From assembly GCA_964575095.1 (NCBI GenBank), contig CAZNPA010000006.1, positions 8,361 to 72,360 on the forward strand: 64,000 nt of DNA, read 5' to 3'. Below the pieces are notes generated by a model that saw only the letters and a list, made by a program, of their open reading frames with translations, ran no database searches and was not told the origin of the DNA. This document shows, one piece after another, positions 40,714 through 49,397 of the stretch. The position numbers and the translations under genes were made by a program. The stretch comes from an uncultured Rickettsiales bacterium (lineage in GTDB: Bacteria > Pseudomonadota > Alphaproteobacteria > Rickettsiales > SXRF01). How positions within the stretch are numbered: position 1 is the stretch's first letter; every line of letters begins with the position of its first letter.

Positions 40714-42336
40714 ATGACGGCAATGGTTTTCTGGCAACGCAATGTTTTTCGCATCACGGCTTTGGCGCTTACGCTAAGCGCGCTGACGCCTTTCGCGCGC
40801 GCGGCCATGCTGCCCGATCTTTCCGACCCGCTGAATACCGAGAAAGATATCGCACCTTATATCGGAAAAGGAAAACTTACTCCTATCACCTGCCCCAGCG
40901 TGCCGGATAATACGCAGCGCAAATTCAGCATGGGCGAAGTGGTAGCGCTGTCGCTGTGCAACAACCCCGATACGCGCTCGGCTTATCTCTCGCTGGTATC
41001 GTCGGCCGCCAGTTACGGCACCAGCTTCGCCGGTTATTTTCCTACCATCGATGCTTCCGCTGGTTTTAGTCACACGCGGATGATCTCGCCCAACAGCAAA
41101 AGCATATCGCGCTCCTCCGGCATTTCCGCGGCGTGGACGTTGTTCGATTTCGGACAGCGCGAGCTCGGCGTCGAAATCGCCGATCTGGCGTTGGCCTCTG
41201 CCGGGCATTCGTACGATTCAACGCTGCAAGGCTCCATCGCCGCCGCGCTCAACGGCTATTACAAACTGCTGACCTCGCAGAACAACCTGACGGTCACCAA
41301 GGAATCGGAAAAATTCGCCGAAGCCAGCTTTGAGGCCGCCAAGCTGAAGCATGAAATCGGCCAGGTGGCGCTGGCGGACGAACTGCAGGCCAAAAGCGCT
41401 TATTCGCAAGCACTGCTGGCGACGCAATCGGCCACGAACCAACTTTCCATCAATAAAGCGTCGCTGGCGCGGCTGATGGGGCTTGCACCCGACGAGGCCC
41501 TGGAAGTCGAAGAACTTGACGACCATTCGCTGACGCTGGAGCCGTTCGGCGGCCATCTGCCGGAACTGCTGGAAAAAGCCAAAGCCGAACGCCTCGATCT
41601 CAGAAACAAACGCATAGCGCTGGAAAGCGCCAAAACGTCGTTGCGCAAAACTGAACGCAGCAATCTGGCAACCGTCACCGCCAGCGTCAATGCCGGCGTC
41701 GACGAAGCCGGCATCCTGCGCGGCGGCAATTCGCGCTCGCAGGGCATCGGTGTCAATGTCAGCATTCCGATTTTTTCCGGCTTCTCACATACCTATAACG
41801 AACGAAAAGACCAGCTGTCGGTGGAATCGGCCAAGGAAAGCCTGACCGCTACCGAACTGAATGTGACGCAGGACGTATGGAATTCCTGGCACAATTACCA
41901 GACATCAAAGCAATCCTGGGATACCAGCCTCGACCAGCTTGACAGCGCCACCCAACTTAAAGACGTGGCGCTCGGCCGCTACAAGGAAGGCATCGGCACC
42001 ATTCTCGATGTCTTGAGCGCGCAATCAGCCTACCGCACCGCACTGCAAAGCCAGCTCACCGCGCGCTATAACCTGCTGACCACGCGCATCGACCTCGTTC
42101 GCGCCGTCGGCGTGCTCGACCTTAACACCATGCGCCCGGAAGCGACGGTGCCACTGCCGGCGGCGACCGCGCCGGAAACGGTTCCGGAAACGACGCCCGC
42201 CCCGCCCCCTGCCGCCGATGCCTTACCCGTCGGTGTGCCGCTGCCGGCCTTGCTTGCCTTGCCTTCGCACAACGGGCCGATGCTCGATGACGTTCCCGTG
42301 GTTGACAACGCCCCCGTATCACCTGTTACACCGTAA
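40714..42336 (+). CDS. tolC: TolC-family outer-membrane efflux protein with Pro-rich C-terminal tail
   Basis: Signal peptide and two OEP repeats. First gene of a tolC-macA-macB arrangement. Confidence 0.88.
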   Translation: MTAMVFWQRNVFRITALALTLSALTPFARAAMLPDLSDPLNTEKDIAPYIGKGKLTPITCPSVPDNTQRKFSMGEVVALSLCNNPDTRSAYLSLVSSAASYGTSFAGYFPTIDASAGFSHTRMISPNSKSISRSSGISAAWTLFDFGQRELGVEIADLALASAGHSYDSTLQGSIAAALNGYYKLLTSQNNLTVTKESEKFAEASFEAAKLKHEIGQVALADELQAKSAYSQALLATQSATNQLSINKASLARLMGLAPDEALEVEELDDHSLTLEPFGGHLPELLEKAKAERLDLRNKRIALESAKTSLRKTERSNLATVTASVNAGVDEAGILRGGNSRSQGIGVNVSIPIFSGFSHTYNERKDQLSVESAKESLTATELNVTQDVWNSWHNYQTSKQSWDTSLDQLDSATQLKDVALGRYKEGIGTILDVLSAQSAYRTALQSQLTARYNLLTTRIDLVRAVGVLDLNTMRPEATVPLPAATAPETVPETTPAPPPAADALPVGVPLPALLALPSHNGPMLDDVPVVDNAPVSPVTP

Positions 42337-42341
42337 GCATC

Positions 42342-43517
42342 ATGAAAAAAATCCTGAAACGTCTGTTCGCGCTGCTGGTAGTGTTCGCCGTCGTCGTCAT
42401 CGGCTGGAGCTCGCTGGAGAATAGCATCGAAGCAATCAAGTATCGCACCGCCACCGTTTCTTTAGGCAGTATCACCGAAGTCGTCACCGCCGACGGCACG
42501 CTGAACCCGATACAGCTCGTCAATGTCGGCACGCAGACGTCGGGACAGATCAGCAAAATTTATGTGCAGGTCAACGATCAGGTGACGCAGGGGCAATTGC
42601 TGGCGGAGATCGACCCGGCGCTGCTCGAGGCTGCGCTCAGACAAAGCAAATCGAGTATGGACAGCGCCCGCGTCGCCTACGAGCAGGCCGAGCGCGATCT
42701 GAACCGCACGCGCCAGTTGGTGGAAAAAGATTATCTGCCGAAAGTCGATCTGGAAAAAGCGCAACAGGCGGAGCTCTCAGCCAAGAATAGTTACGATTCC
42801 GCTAAGTCGCAGGTCGAGCGCGCGCAGATCGATCTTAACTACGCCAAAATTTTCTCGCCCATCGACGGCGTGGTGATTTCGCAGGACGTGACGCTGGGGC
42901 AGACCGTCGCCGCCCAATACCAGACGCCCAACATGTTCAAGATCGCCGGCGACCTGACGCAGATGAAGATCGACGTCAACTTCTCCGAAGCCGATATCAG
43001 CAAGATCAAAGCCGGCATGCCGGTGACGTTTACCGTCGACGCCTTCCCCGATCGCGTGTTCGCGGGCACGGTGCAGATGGTCAATTTCAATCCCACCAAC
43101 ACGTCAGGCGTGGTGACCTACAGCGCCACCGTCACCGTCAAGAACGAGGACAAGGCGCTGCTGCCGGGCATGACCGCCTATGTCAAAGTCACGCTCTCGG
43201 AAGTGAAAGACGTGCTGCGCGTGCCACTATCTGCGCTGCGCTTCACGCCGCCGCCGCAGGAAGTCAGCGGCCTGCAGCGCCTGTTCCAACCGTCGCTGCG
43301 CGGATCGCGCGGCGGCATGCGTATGCCCCCCATGTTCACCGTTGGCACCACCGGCAACGACAATAAAGGTACGATCTACCTGCTGAAGAATGACCAACTG
43401 ACATCGGTGGACGTCACCATCGGCAAATCGGACGACACCAACGTCGCCGTATCCGGCGAAGGCCTGGCCGACGGCGATACGGTGGTGACCGGACTGATGC
43501 CGCAAAGCAAACGGTAG
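42342..43517 (+). CDS. macA: Efflux periplasmic adaptor (MacA/HlyD family)
   Basis: N-terminal TM anchor, a lipoyl/coiled-coil hairpin (LLAEIDP...AQIDLNYAKIFSPIDGVV) and a beta-barrel domain. Confidence 0.9.
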   Translation: MKKILKRLFALLVVFAVVVIGWSSLENSIEAIKYRTATVSLGSITEVVTADGTLNPIQLVNVGTQTSGQISKIYVQVNDQVTQGQLLAEIDPALLEAALRQSKSSMDSARVAYEQAERDLNRTRQLVEKDYLPKVDLEKAQQAELSAKNSYDSAKSQVERAQIDLNYAKIFSPIDGVVISQDVTLGQTVAAQYQTPNMFKIAGDLTQMKIDVNFSEADISKIKAGMPVTFTVDAFPDRVFAGTVQMVNFNPTNTSGVVTYSATVTVKNEDKALLPGMTAYVKVTLSEVKDVLRVPLSALRFTPPPQEVSGLQRLFQPSLRGSRGGMRMPPMFTVGTTGNDNKGTIYLLKNDQLTSVDVTIGKSDDTNVAVSGEGLADGDTVVTGLMPQSKR

Positions 43518-43525
43518 GCCTCGCC

Positions 43526-44218
43526 ATGGTGTACCATGTCATCGCGATGGACAACATAGCGAAGCATTACGAGCCCAGCCCGGGCATCGTAACGCCGGTG
43601 CTGAAATCCATTGACCTCACCATCGAGCCCGGCGAATTCGTGGCGATCATGGGGCCAAGCGGCTCCGGCAAAAGCACGCTGATGAACCTGCTCGGCACGC
43701 TCGACCGGCCGACACACGGTGTATATTTCTTAGACGGCGAGGACACAAAAAATCTTGATGACGAAGCGCTGGCTAAAATCCGCAACCGCGCCATCGGTTT
43801 CATTTTTCAGGGATTCAACCTGCTGCCGCGACGCACGGTGGTCGACAACATCGCCCTGCCCCTCTTTTACGGCGGCGAGAGCAAGGAAGAACGCATCCGC
43901 CGCGCCGAGCATTATCTCAACGTCGTCGGCCTCAGCTCGCACCGCGATTATTACCCGACGCAGCTTTCCGGCGGCCAGCAGCAGCGCATCGCCATCGCGC
44001 GCGCGCTGTGCGGCGAACCGAAACTGCTGCTCGCCGACGAACCGACCGGTAATCTGGACAGCGTCACCGGCAAGGAGATCATGGAACTTTTCGTCGCGCT
44101 GAATAAAGAAGGCATTACCATCGTGCTGGTCACGCATGACATGGACATCGCGAAATACGCAAAGCGGCTGGTGCAACTCAAGGACGGCGAGATTATTTAT
44201 GACGGACCGACCTACTGA
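43526..44218 (+). CDS. macB: MacB/LolD-type ABC ATP-binding protein
   Basis: Contains [38 protein letters not shown] and [12 protein letters not shown]. Confidence 0.92.
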   Translation: MVYHVIAMDNIAKHYEPSPGIVTPVLKSIDLTIEPGEFVAIMGPSGSGKSTLMNLLGTLDRPTHGVYFLDGEDTKNLDDEALAKIRNRAIGFIFQGFNLLPRRTVVDNIALPLFYGGESKEERIRRAEHYLNVVGLSSHRDYYPTQLSGGQQQRIAIARALCGEPKLLLADEPTGNLDSVTGKEIMELFVALNKEGITIVLVTHDMDIAKYAKRLVQLKDGEIIYDGPTY

Positions 44219-44222
44219 TTAT

Positions 44223-44330
44223 AGCTCCCCCTTGAGGGGGGAGCAGCTGAGCGCAAGCGTTAGCGCCGCGCGAAGCGTGGGGGTGTTACCCCTCACGGCT
44301 CGCTCTCGCCCGCTCTCCCCCAAGGGGAGA
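44223..44330. repeat. Nested-palindrome element, copy 3 (between macB ATPase and permease ORFs)
   Basis: AGCTCCCCCTTGAGGGGGGAGC ... GCGTGGGGGTGTTACCCCTCACGGC ... CTCTCCCCCAAGGGGAGA. Confidence 0.85.
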
Positions 44331-44338
44331 ACCAAATT

Positions 44339-45568
44339 ATGATTATTGGATTGCTCCGCGAAGCCTGGCTCTCGATCGGCGCGCACCCGCTGCGCACGTT
44401 TCTGGCCATGCTCGGCATCGTCATCGGTGTGGCGTCGGTGGTGCTGATGCTGGCGATCGGCGCCGGATCACAGCGCGCGGTCGAGGAATCGATCGAAAAG
44501 CTGGGCACCAACCTCCTCATCGTCACCCCGGGCAACTTCAGCAACAAGGGCGTGGTGACCATCAATGCCAACAGCCTGACGCCGCAATACGTCGATGCCA
44601 TCGCGCAGCTGCCGTCGGTCGTCGCCGCCGCCGCGACCACGTCGGGCAGCAGCCTGCAGATCACGACCGGCAAGACCAACTGGAATACGCGCGTCACCGG
44701 CACCAACCCTTCTTATTTTTCTATCCGCAATTGGGATTTCGCCGAGGGCGAGAGCTTCACCGCCGACGACGTTGCCGGCAGCCGCCGCGTGGCGGTGATT
44801 GGCTCAACGGTGGCCGATAAGCTGTTTCCGGAAGGCGATGCTTTCGGCCAGACCGTGCGCCTGAACAACACCTCGTTTCTGATCGTCGGCATACTGGCGC
44901 CCAAAGGCCAGGATTTCTCCGGCCGCGACCAGGACGACAGCGTGTTCGTCCCCTTCACCACCGCCGAGAAAAAATTATTCGGGAAAGACAACGTTATCGG
45001 CTCGATGGTGCAGTCCATCTATGTGCAGGCGGCGTCGAAGGAAGACATCGAGCCGGCGACGGAGGAGATCACCGACTATATCCGCCAGCGCCATCGCCTG
45101 CGCGAAACGGACGAGAACGATTTCACCGTCCGCAACATGGCGTCGATCACGCAGGTGGCCAGCGACACGTCGCAGGCGCTGTCGATGCTCCTGGGCGCCA
45201 TCGCCTCGATCTCGCTCATCGTCGGCGGCATCGGCATCATGAACATCATGCTGGTCAACGTCACCGAGCGCACGCGCGAAATCGGCATCCGTAAAGCCAT
45301 CGGCGCCAGCCAGCGGCAGATATTGCTGCAGTTCCTGTTCGAGTCGATGCTGATCGCCGCCGGCGGCAGCCTGTTCGGGTTGCTGGCCGGCATCGGCGGC
45401 GGCATGGGCGTTAAGCACTGGCTGGCTATCCCGGTCGAAAGCACGTTGTGGCCGGTGCTGCTTTCGATGGCGGTCGCCATCGTCGTCGGCGTGGCCAGCG
45501 GCATCTACCCCGCGCACAAAGCCGCCAATCTCGAGCCCATTGAGGCGCTGCGCGCCGTGGGCGGATAA
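44339..45568 (+). CDS. macB: MacB-type ABC permease (MacB periplasmic core + FtsX domains)
   Basis: 409 aa with LREAWLSIGAHPLRTFLAMLGIVIGVASVV, TERTREIGIRKAIGA and four TM helices. Confidence 0.9.
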   Translation: MIIGLLREAWLSIGAHPLRTFLAMLGIVIGVASVVLMLAIGAGSQRAVEESIEKLGTNLLIVTPGNFSNKGVVTINANSLTPQYVDAIAQLPSVVAAAATTSGSSLQITTGKTNWNTRVTGTNPSYFSIRNWDFAEGESFTADDVAGSRRVAVIGSTVADKLFPEGDAFGQTVRLNNTSFLIVGILAPKGQDFSGRDQDDSVFVPFTTAEKKLFGKDNVIGSMVQSIYVQAASKEDIEPATEEITDYIRQRHRLRETDENDFTVRNMASITQVASDTSQALSMLLGAIASISLIVGGIGIMNIMLVNVTERTREIGIRKAIGASQRQILLQFLFESMLIAAGGSLFGLLAGIGGGMGVKHWLAIPVESTLWPVLLSMAVAIVVGVASGIYPAHKAANLEPIEALRAVGG

Positions 45569-45573
45569 AATTG

Positions 45574-45732
45574 GCTCCCCCTTGAGGGGGGAGCGGGCGA
45601 AAGCAAGCATTGGCGAAGCTTGAGCCGTGGGGGTGTCTCATCGCATAAATAGCCGGGATTTATCACCCCCACCGGATCGTCCGCCTTCGTATAACTCAGG
45701 CATACTCTCCGACTCCCCCCTCAAGGGGGAGT
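45574..45732. repeat. Nested-palindrome element, copy 4 (after permease gene)
   Basis: GCTCCCCCTTGAGGGGGGAGCGGGCGA ... GAGCCGTGGGGGTG ... CACCCCCACCGG ... GACTCCCCCCTCAAGGGGGAGT. Confidence 0.8.
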
Positions 45733-46022
45733 TAAAGCAAATCGTCACAATCAATTCATAAACCTGTCATCAAACTGTCATATTGCCTTGCTATAGTGGG
45801 AATCAGATAGGCGGGCATGGGAAAAATTACCACGTCACACCTCAGGAAGAAAGTGGCTGAAAGATGGCCTGCCATCCGAAGCCTCTTGCGAAGGATGGTT
45901 AAAATTGTCACAAATGATTCACACAATTTTAACTAATAATTAACTAAAATACTGTTAAAATTGAATCAGGTTAGAGATTACTAGTTGATATAAAACGATT
46001 TTTTAAACAAAAGGAGAAAGTT

Positions 46023-46298
46023 ATGAAAACTAATACATTAAAGAAAACCACCCTCCTCGCCGCCGTAGCGGTGATGGGTATGGCAGCGATGCCGGTGGCG
46101 GATGCAAGTGCTGCAATCCAAGCCATCGCAAGTACTAATATCAAGCAGTTCTGTAAGAATCTTGGTGACGGAATTGCAGGTGATTTTGGCGCGGCAGGAA
46201 CCAATCATAGTGGTGGCGGCGGCGGCACTATCACCTTAGTAAACGGTGTCTGGACCTTTACTCCGACTCCCGGACCGCATCCTTGCCCGTTCAAATAA
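46023..46298 (+). CDS. Small secreted protein (about 60-aa mature part, 2 Cys, Gly5 tract)
   Basis: AAGGAGAAAG SD and a Sec signal MKTNTLKKTTLLAAVAVMGMAAMPVADASA. AT-rich context. No recognised family. Confidence 0.6.
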   Translation: MKTNTLKKTTLLAAVAVMGMAAMPVADASAAIQAIASTNIKQFCKNLGDGIAGDFGAAGTNHSGGGGGTITLVNGVWTFTPTPGPHPCPFK

Positions 46299-46329
46299 AG
46301 AAATTGAAAAACTTGGAAAGGTATTTTTT

Positions 46330-46593
46330 ATGAATAAAATTGGAAAACATAGTGTAGGTCGCTATAAAAGAGCTTTTTTGGCTGCTGTTGCTGTCATGGG
46401 AATGTCTCTTATACCTTTAACTGATGGGCATGCAGCGAGAATCTATGTATCAAATCCAAATTTCTTGGATTTTTGTCGCGTCGGTTATAATGCGATTGTG
46501 GAGTGCGCAACCCATATAAACCCCGCGGCGGGAGGCACATGTTCTTGGGGGTGGAATGAGAAAGAGGGTTATTGGATAATGCTGTGCTATTAA
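46330..46593 (+). CDS. Small secreted protein (about 52-aa mature part, 4 Cys, Trp-rich)
   Basis: Its signal peptide shares LAAVAVMGM with the previous ORF. Start chosen at MNKIGKH. Followed by an intrinsic terminator. Confidence 0.55.
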   Translation: MNKIGKHSVGRYKRAFLAAVAVMGMSLIPLTDGHAARIYVSNPNFLDFCRVGYNAIVECATHINPAAGGTCSWGWNEKEGYWIMLCY

Positions 46594-46615
46594 GTTTTAT
46601 TAAATAAACCTCCAA

Positions 46616-46641
46616 CCCCCGCCTATTAGCGGGGGTTTTTT
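46616..46641 (+). terminator. Intrinsic terminator after the small-peptide genes
   Basis: CCCCCGC-CTATTA-GCGGGGG-TTTTTT. Confidence 0.8.
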
Positions 46642-46653
46642 AACCAATCGCTA

Positions 46654-47721
46654 TCAGGGAAATGAAGAAAATCTTTCTTCCGAACGAGTGATTTTCTGTA
46701 CTGATCCAAGCCTACGAAAATAAACACGTACCTTCTTTACTGGAATTTCCACCAGAAATACGATGGGGGTCGCTACCACTAATGTAAAAGCAAGAGCCGC
46801 AAAAAATAATTCGTGTCCCTGTTTTTGTTCTATCTGCAAAATATATTTTGCCAATGCCCCTACGGGCCAATGAATTAAAAACATTGGGTAGGCAATATCG
46901 GCACAGAATTGCTCGATCTTCGACATCGCCTTAGCTTTATTACACTCGTAAATGCGCATCACCGTCAAGGCAAAGAACACTACCGAAAAATGCACGATGG
47001 GTGCTTGCCATTCAGGGTGCCGCCTAACAGTGTCAAGCATATTGGGCACATACACAACAACATTAGCCAAACACAATAAAAATAATGTACCGAAAGGAAA
47101 ATAATTTTTCCATGTATGACGATAATGATAAGCGACGCTGCCAAGAAAAAAAGCAGGCGCGGTACCATAAATAGTGTAATAAAACTTATAAAATGTAGCT
47201 CCCTGCAAATAAAGTATTGCTGTCATGATTATTGAAATGACAAGACCAGCTAAACTTAACCGCCGACTGTAGCCTGTCAATAATCCAATGGTGAGGTAAT
47301 AAACGATTTCTGTGCTTAAGCTCCATGCTGTCGGAAGCAAAGCGAGTTTTGGCACTTTTGATGCAAATGAACTTAAGCCGAGAATGGTAAACTGTGGCAA
47401 CCATATTTGCCAAGTAGATGGCATAACCATTGATGGCCAAAGTTGTTTTGTTGTTTCAGGAATCCATTCAATAATCAGAACGCAAATGAGCAAGCACACC
47501 CAATAGGTTGGATATACGCGTACAAAACGATTGATAAGAAAATACGCTTTTCCACGGGCACTATTCTCGTACACTTCGCACATCATACGAGTGATCAAAA
47601 AACCGGAAAGCGTAAATAAACCAATAACCGCTGTATAATGCTGCCAGAAACTTCTGATCCCCGTGAAATGGCCTTGTATTACCGCCACGACGAGAAAAAA
47701 ACGTAAATAACCGAGTCCCAT
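46654..47721 (-). CDS. Acyltransferase family 3 (OafA/YrhL-like) membrane protein
   Basis: 355 aa, about 10 TM helices, with an N-terminal LRFFLVVAVIQGHF segment typical of acyltransferase_3. AT-rich. Confidence 0.65.
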   Translation of the reverse strand: MGLGYLRFFLVVAVIQGHFTGIRSFWQHYTAVIGLFTLSGFLITRMMCEVYENSARGKAYFLINRFVRVYPTYWVCLLICVLIIEWIPETTKQLWPSMVMPSTWQIWLPQFTILGLSSFASKVPKLALLPTAWSLSTEIVYYLTIGLLTGYSRRLSLAGLVISIIMTAILYLQGATFYKFYYTIYGTAPAFFLGSVAYHYRHTWKNYFPFGTLFLLCLANVVVYVPNMLDTVRRHPEWQAPIVHFSVVFFALTVMRIYECNKAKAMSKIEQFCADIAYPMFLIHWPVGALAKYILQIEQKQGHELFFAALAFTLVVATPIVFLVEIPVKKVRVYFRRLGSVQKITRSEERFSSFP

Positions 47722-47752
47722 TTTCTAAACATGCGAGAAACGGATAGCGCTG

Positions 47753-49183
47753 TCAAGCTCGGGGCTTGCCGCTCCGGAAATGCGATACCCGCCGCATCGC
47801 ATCCTCCAGCAGCATGGCAAAGAAGATAAGGTAAAAAGGTTCGGTGCCCCAGCGCATTCTTTCCTGTTCGCCTTTATTGAAAGCGCAAGAGGCAACAAAC
47901 ATCGCCGCAGCAACAAACACGGTTATCATAATGAACGGCCGGCGTTCCCTCGCATACCCGCGCGGCAACCATGCCAGCAAAAACACCAGCAACGGGATCG
48001 CCGCATATAACATGATGCTCCCCCTGCCCATCCAGATTTTCACCGTGCGCGGCAAGTCCCGGTATTCGGTGTCAAAAGCGCGCAACTTGCGCAGCGAGAA
48101 CCGGCAACACACATGCGCGATGGAAGGATACGCCGCCTTATCCATCATTTTACCGAATATTTTCTGTGCGTATGACCACGGATAATGACGCATCACGGTG
48201 AGTGAATCCGCCATATCCTGTTTGCCGCTTTCGATCAGCGCCTGGTAATTAAAATTGTTGCGCCCGTCCGGCTTGAAGCGCCCAAGCGACGGGTGGCCGT
48301 AATCCGGGCTTTGTTTCCCGACCTGCGTCCACTCTTCGCGCACGCGCATGGCTTTATCAAAATTAAAAATAACAGGAAAATAGGCCGATACTTCGCCTTG
48401 TGCCTGTAATATTTTGATGTCTGAAGGCGGCGCTGCCGCCACCGCTACCCCGGCAAGATTGGCGCCCATCCACGATGTCGCACCCAGAAAACCGTAAAGC
48501 GCCAAGTTTTTAAGGTAGATTATCGCTATGGGAGACAGTGCAGCCACCATGGCGGTGGTATGCCTTATGTTCCATGAGCGCCGATAAAACATCCATAACA
48601 CGCCTCCCATTCCCATAAAAAGTGTCAGATGCCAATGCGGACGCAGAAGCCCAAGCAGGCAGCAGGAAATAAATATTCCCACCAAGGTGCCTGACGTGAT
48701 GCGCGAATCCCGCTGCAGTCTGGCCAGATAGTACGCCATCATGCAGCATAGTGAGAATTCAAGATGAGTCGTATAGGCCCAGTTCATGTAAAGATTGAAT
48801 GTGGGAAACAAGCATAGCCATACACAAACGAATAGGCGTAAACCCAACCGCACCCCGATCAGGCGCAAGGCCGCATTCAAACTGACGACCGCCGCCAGGC
48901 CGACCCCGAAATATATCCACTCCAATATCAAACGATAATTTTCCGGCGACGCTTTAAAGACGACGCCTATCAGCAGATTCATCAGCGGCGGCTGGGAATG
49001 CTGATAAAAAAGAGAGGAGAACAGATCGGTCGTCAGCCATTGCGGGCTCAAATATTGCCAGAAAGTGAACACCGGCATGGCGGTAAACCGGGAATCTATC
49101 CCATATTTATACGCAAGCTGTGAACAAAGGTAGAGCGCCACCAACCATATATTTTCGCTATGCCGTCTGTACCACGCCTGCAT
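47753..49183 (-). CDS. Large polytopic membrane protein, possible GT-C-fold glycosyltransferase (ArnT/PMT-like)
   Basis: 476 aa with many N-terminal TM helices, a roughly 130-aa soluble loop, then two or three C-terminal TM helices. The family call rests on topology only. Confidence 0.35.
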   Translation of the reverse strand: MQAWYRRHSENIWLVALYLCSQLAYKYGIDSRFTAMPVFTFWQYLSPQWLTTDLFSSLFYQHSQPPLMNLLIGVVFKASPENYRLILEWIYFGVGLAAVVSLNAALRLIGVRLGLRLFVCVWLCLFPTFNLYMNWAYTTHLEFSLCCMMAYYLARLQRDSRITSGTLVGIFISCCLLGLLRPHWHLTLFMGMGGVLWMFYRRSWNIRHTTAMVAALSPIAIIYLKNLALYGFLGATSWMGANLAGVAVAAAPPSDIKILQAQGEVSAYFPVIFNFDKAMRVREEWTQVGKQSPDYGHPSLGRFKPDGRNNFNYQALIESGKQDMADSLTVMRHYPWSYAQKIFGKMMDKAAYPSIAHVCCRFSLRKLRAFDTEYRDLPRTVKIWMGRGSIMLYAAIPLLVFLLAWLPRGYARERRPFIMITVFVAAAMFVASCAFNKGEQERMRWGTEPFYLIFFAMLLEDAMRRVSHFRSGKPRA

Positions 49184-49267
49184 TATAACATCTCATTCTT
49201 GATGTCCCGGAGAATACCCCGGATTGACAAGCCGGGCAAACCGTTTATAACGCTGATTCTCCTGAAA

Positions 49268-49352
49268 GCCCAGGTGGCGGAATTGGTAGACGCACTAGCT
49301 TCAGGTGCTAGCGCCGCGAGGTGTAAGAGTTCGAGTCTCTTCCTGGGCACCA
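49268..49352 (+). tRNA. tRNA-Leu (anticodon CAG)
   Basis: GCCCAGGTGGCGGAATTGGTAGACGCACTAGCTTCAGGTGCTAGCGCCGCGAGGTGTAAGAGTTCGAGTCTCTTCCTGGGCACCA. It has a long variable arm and an encoded CCA. Confidence 0.9.
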
Positions 49353-49397
49353 TTAAACTAGCTTGAGTTTTTACCGCTTTAGGTCTTAACTCACGGC

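Noticed and set aside
45780-46020. Short hairpins (GATGG-CCTG-CCATC; CCATCC...GGATGG) and repeated CTGTCAT motifs upstream of the small-peptide genes, considered as a possible riboswitch.
   Set aside because: I could not match them to any riboswitch consensus I know (TPP, c-di-GMP, fluoride, SAM). The stems are short. An Infernal scan is needed before any claim.
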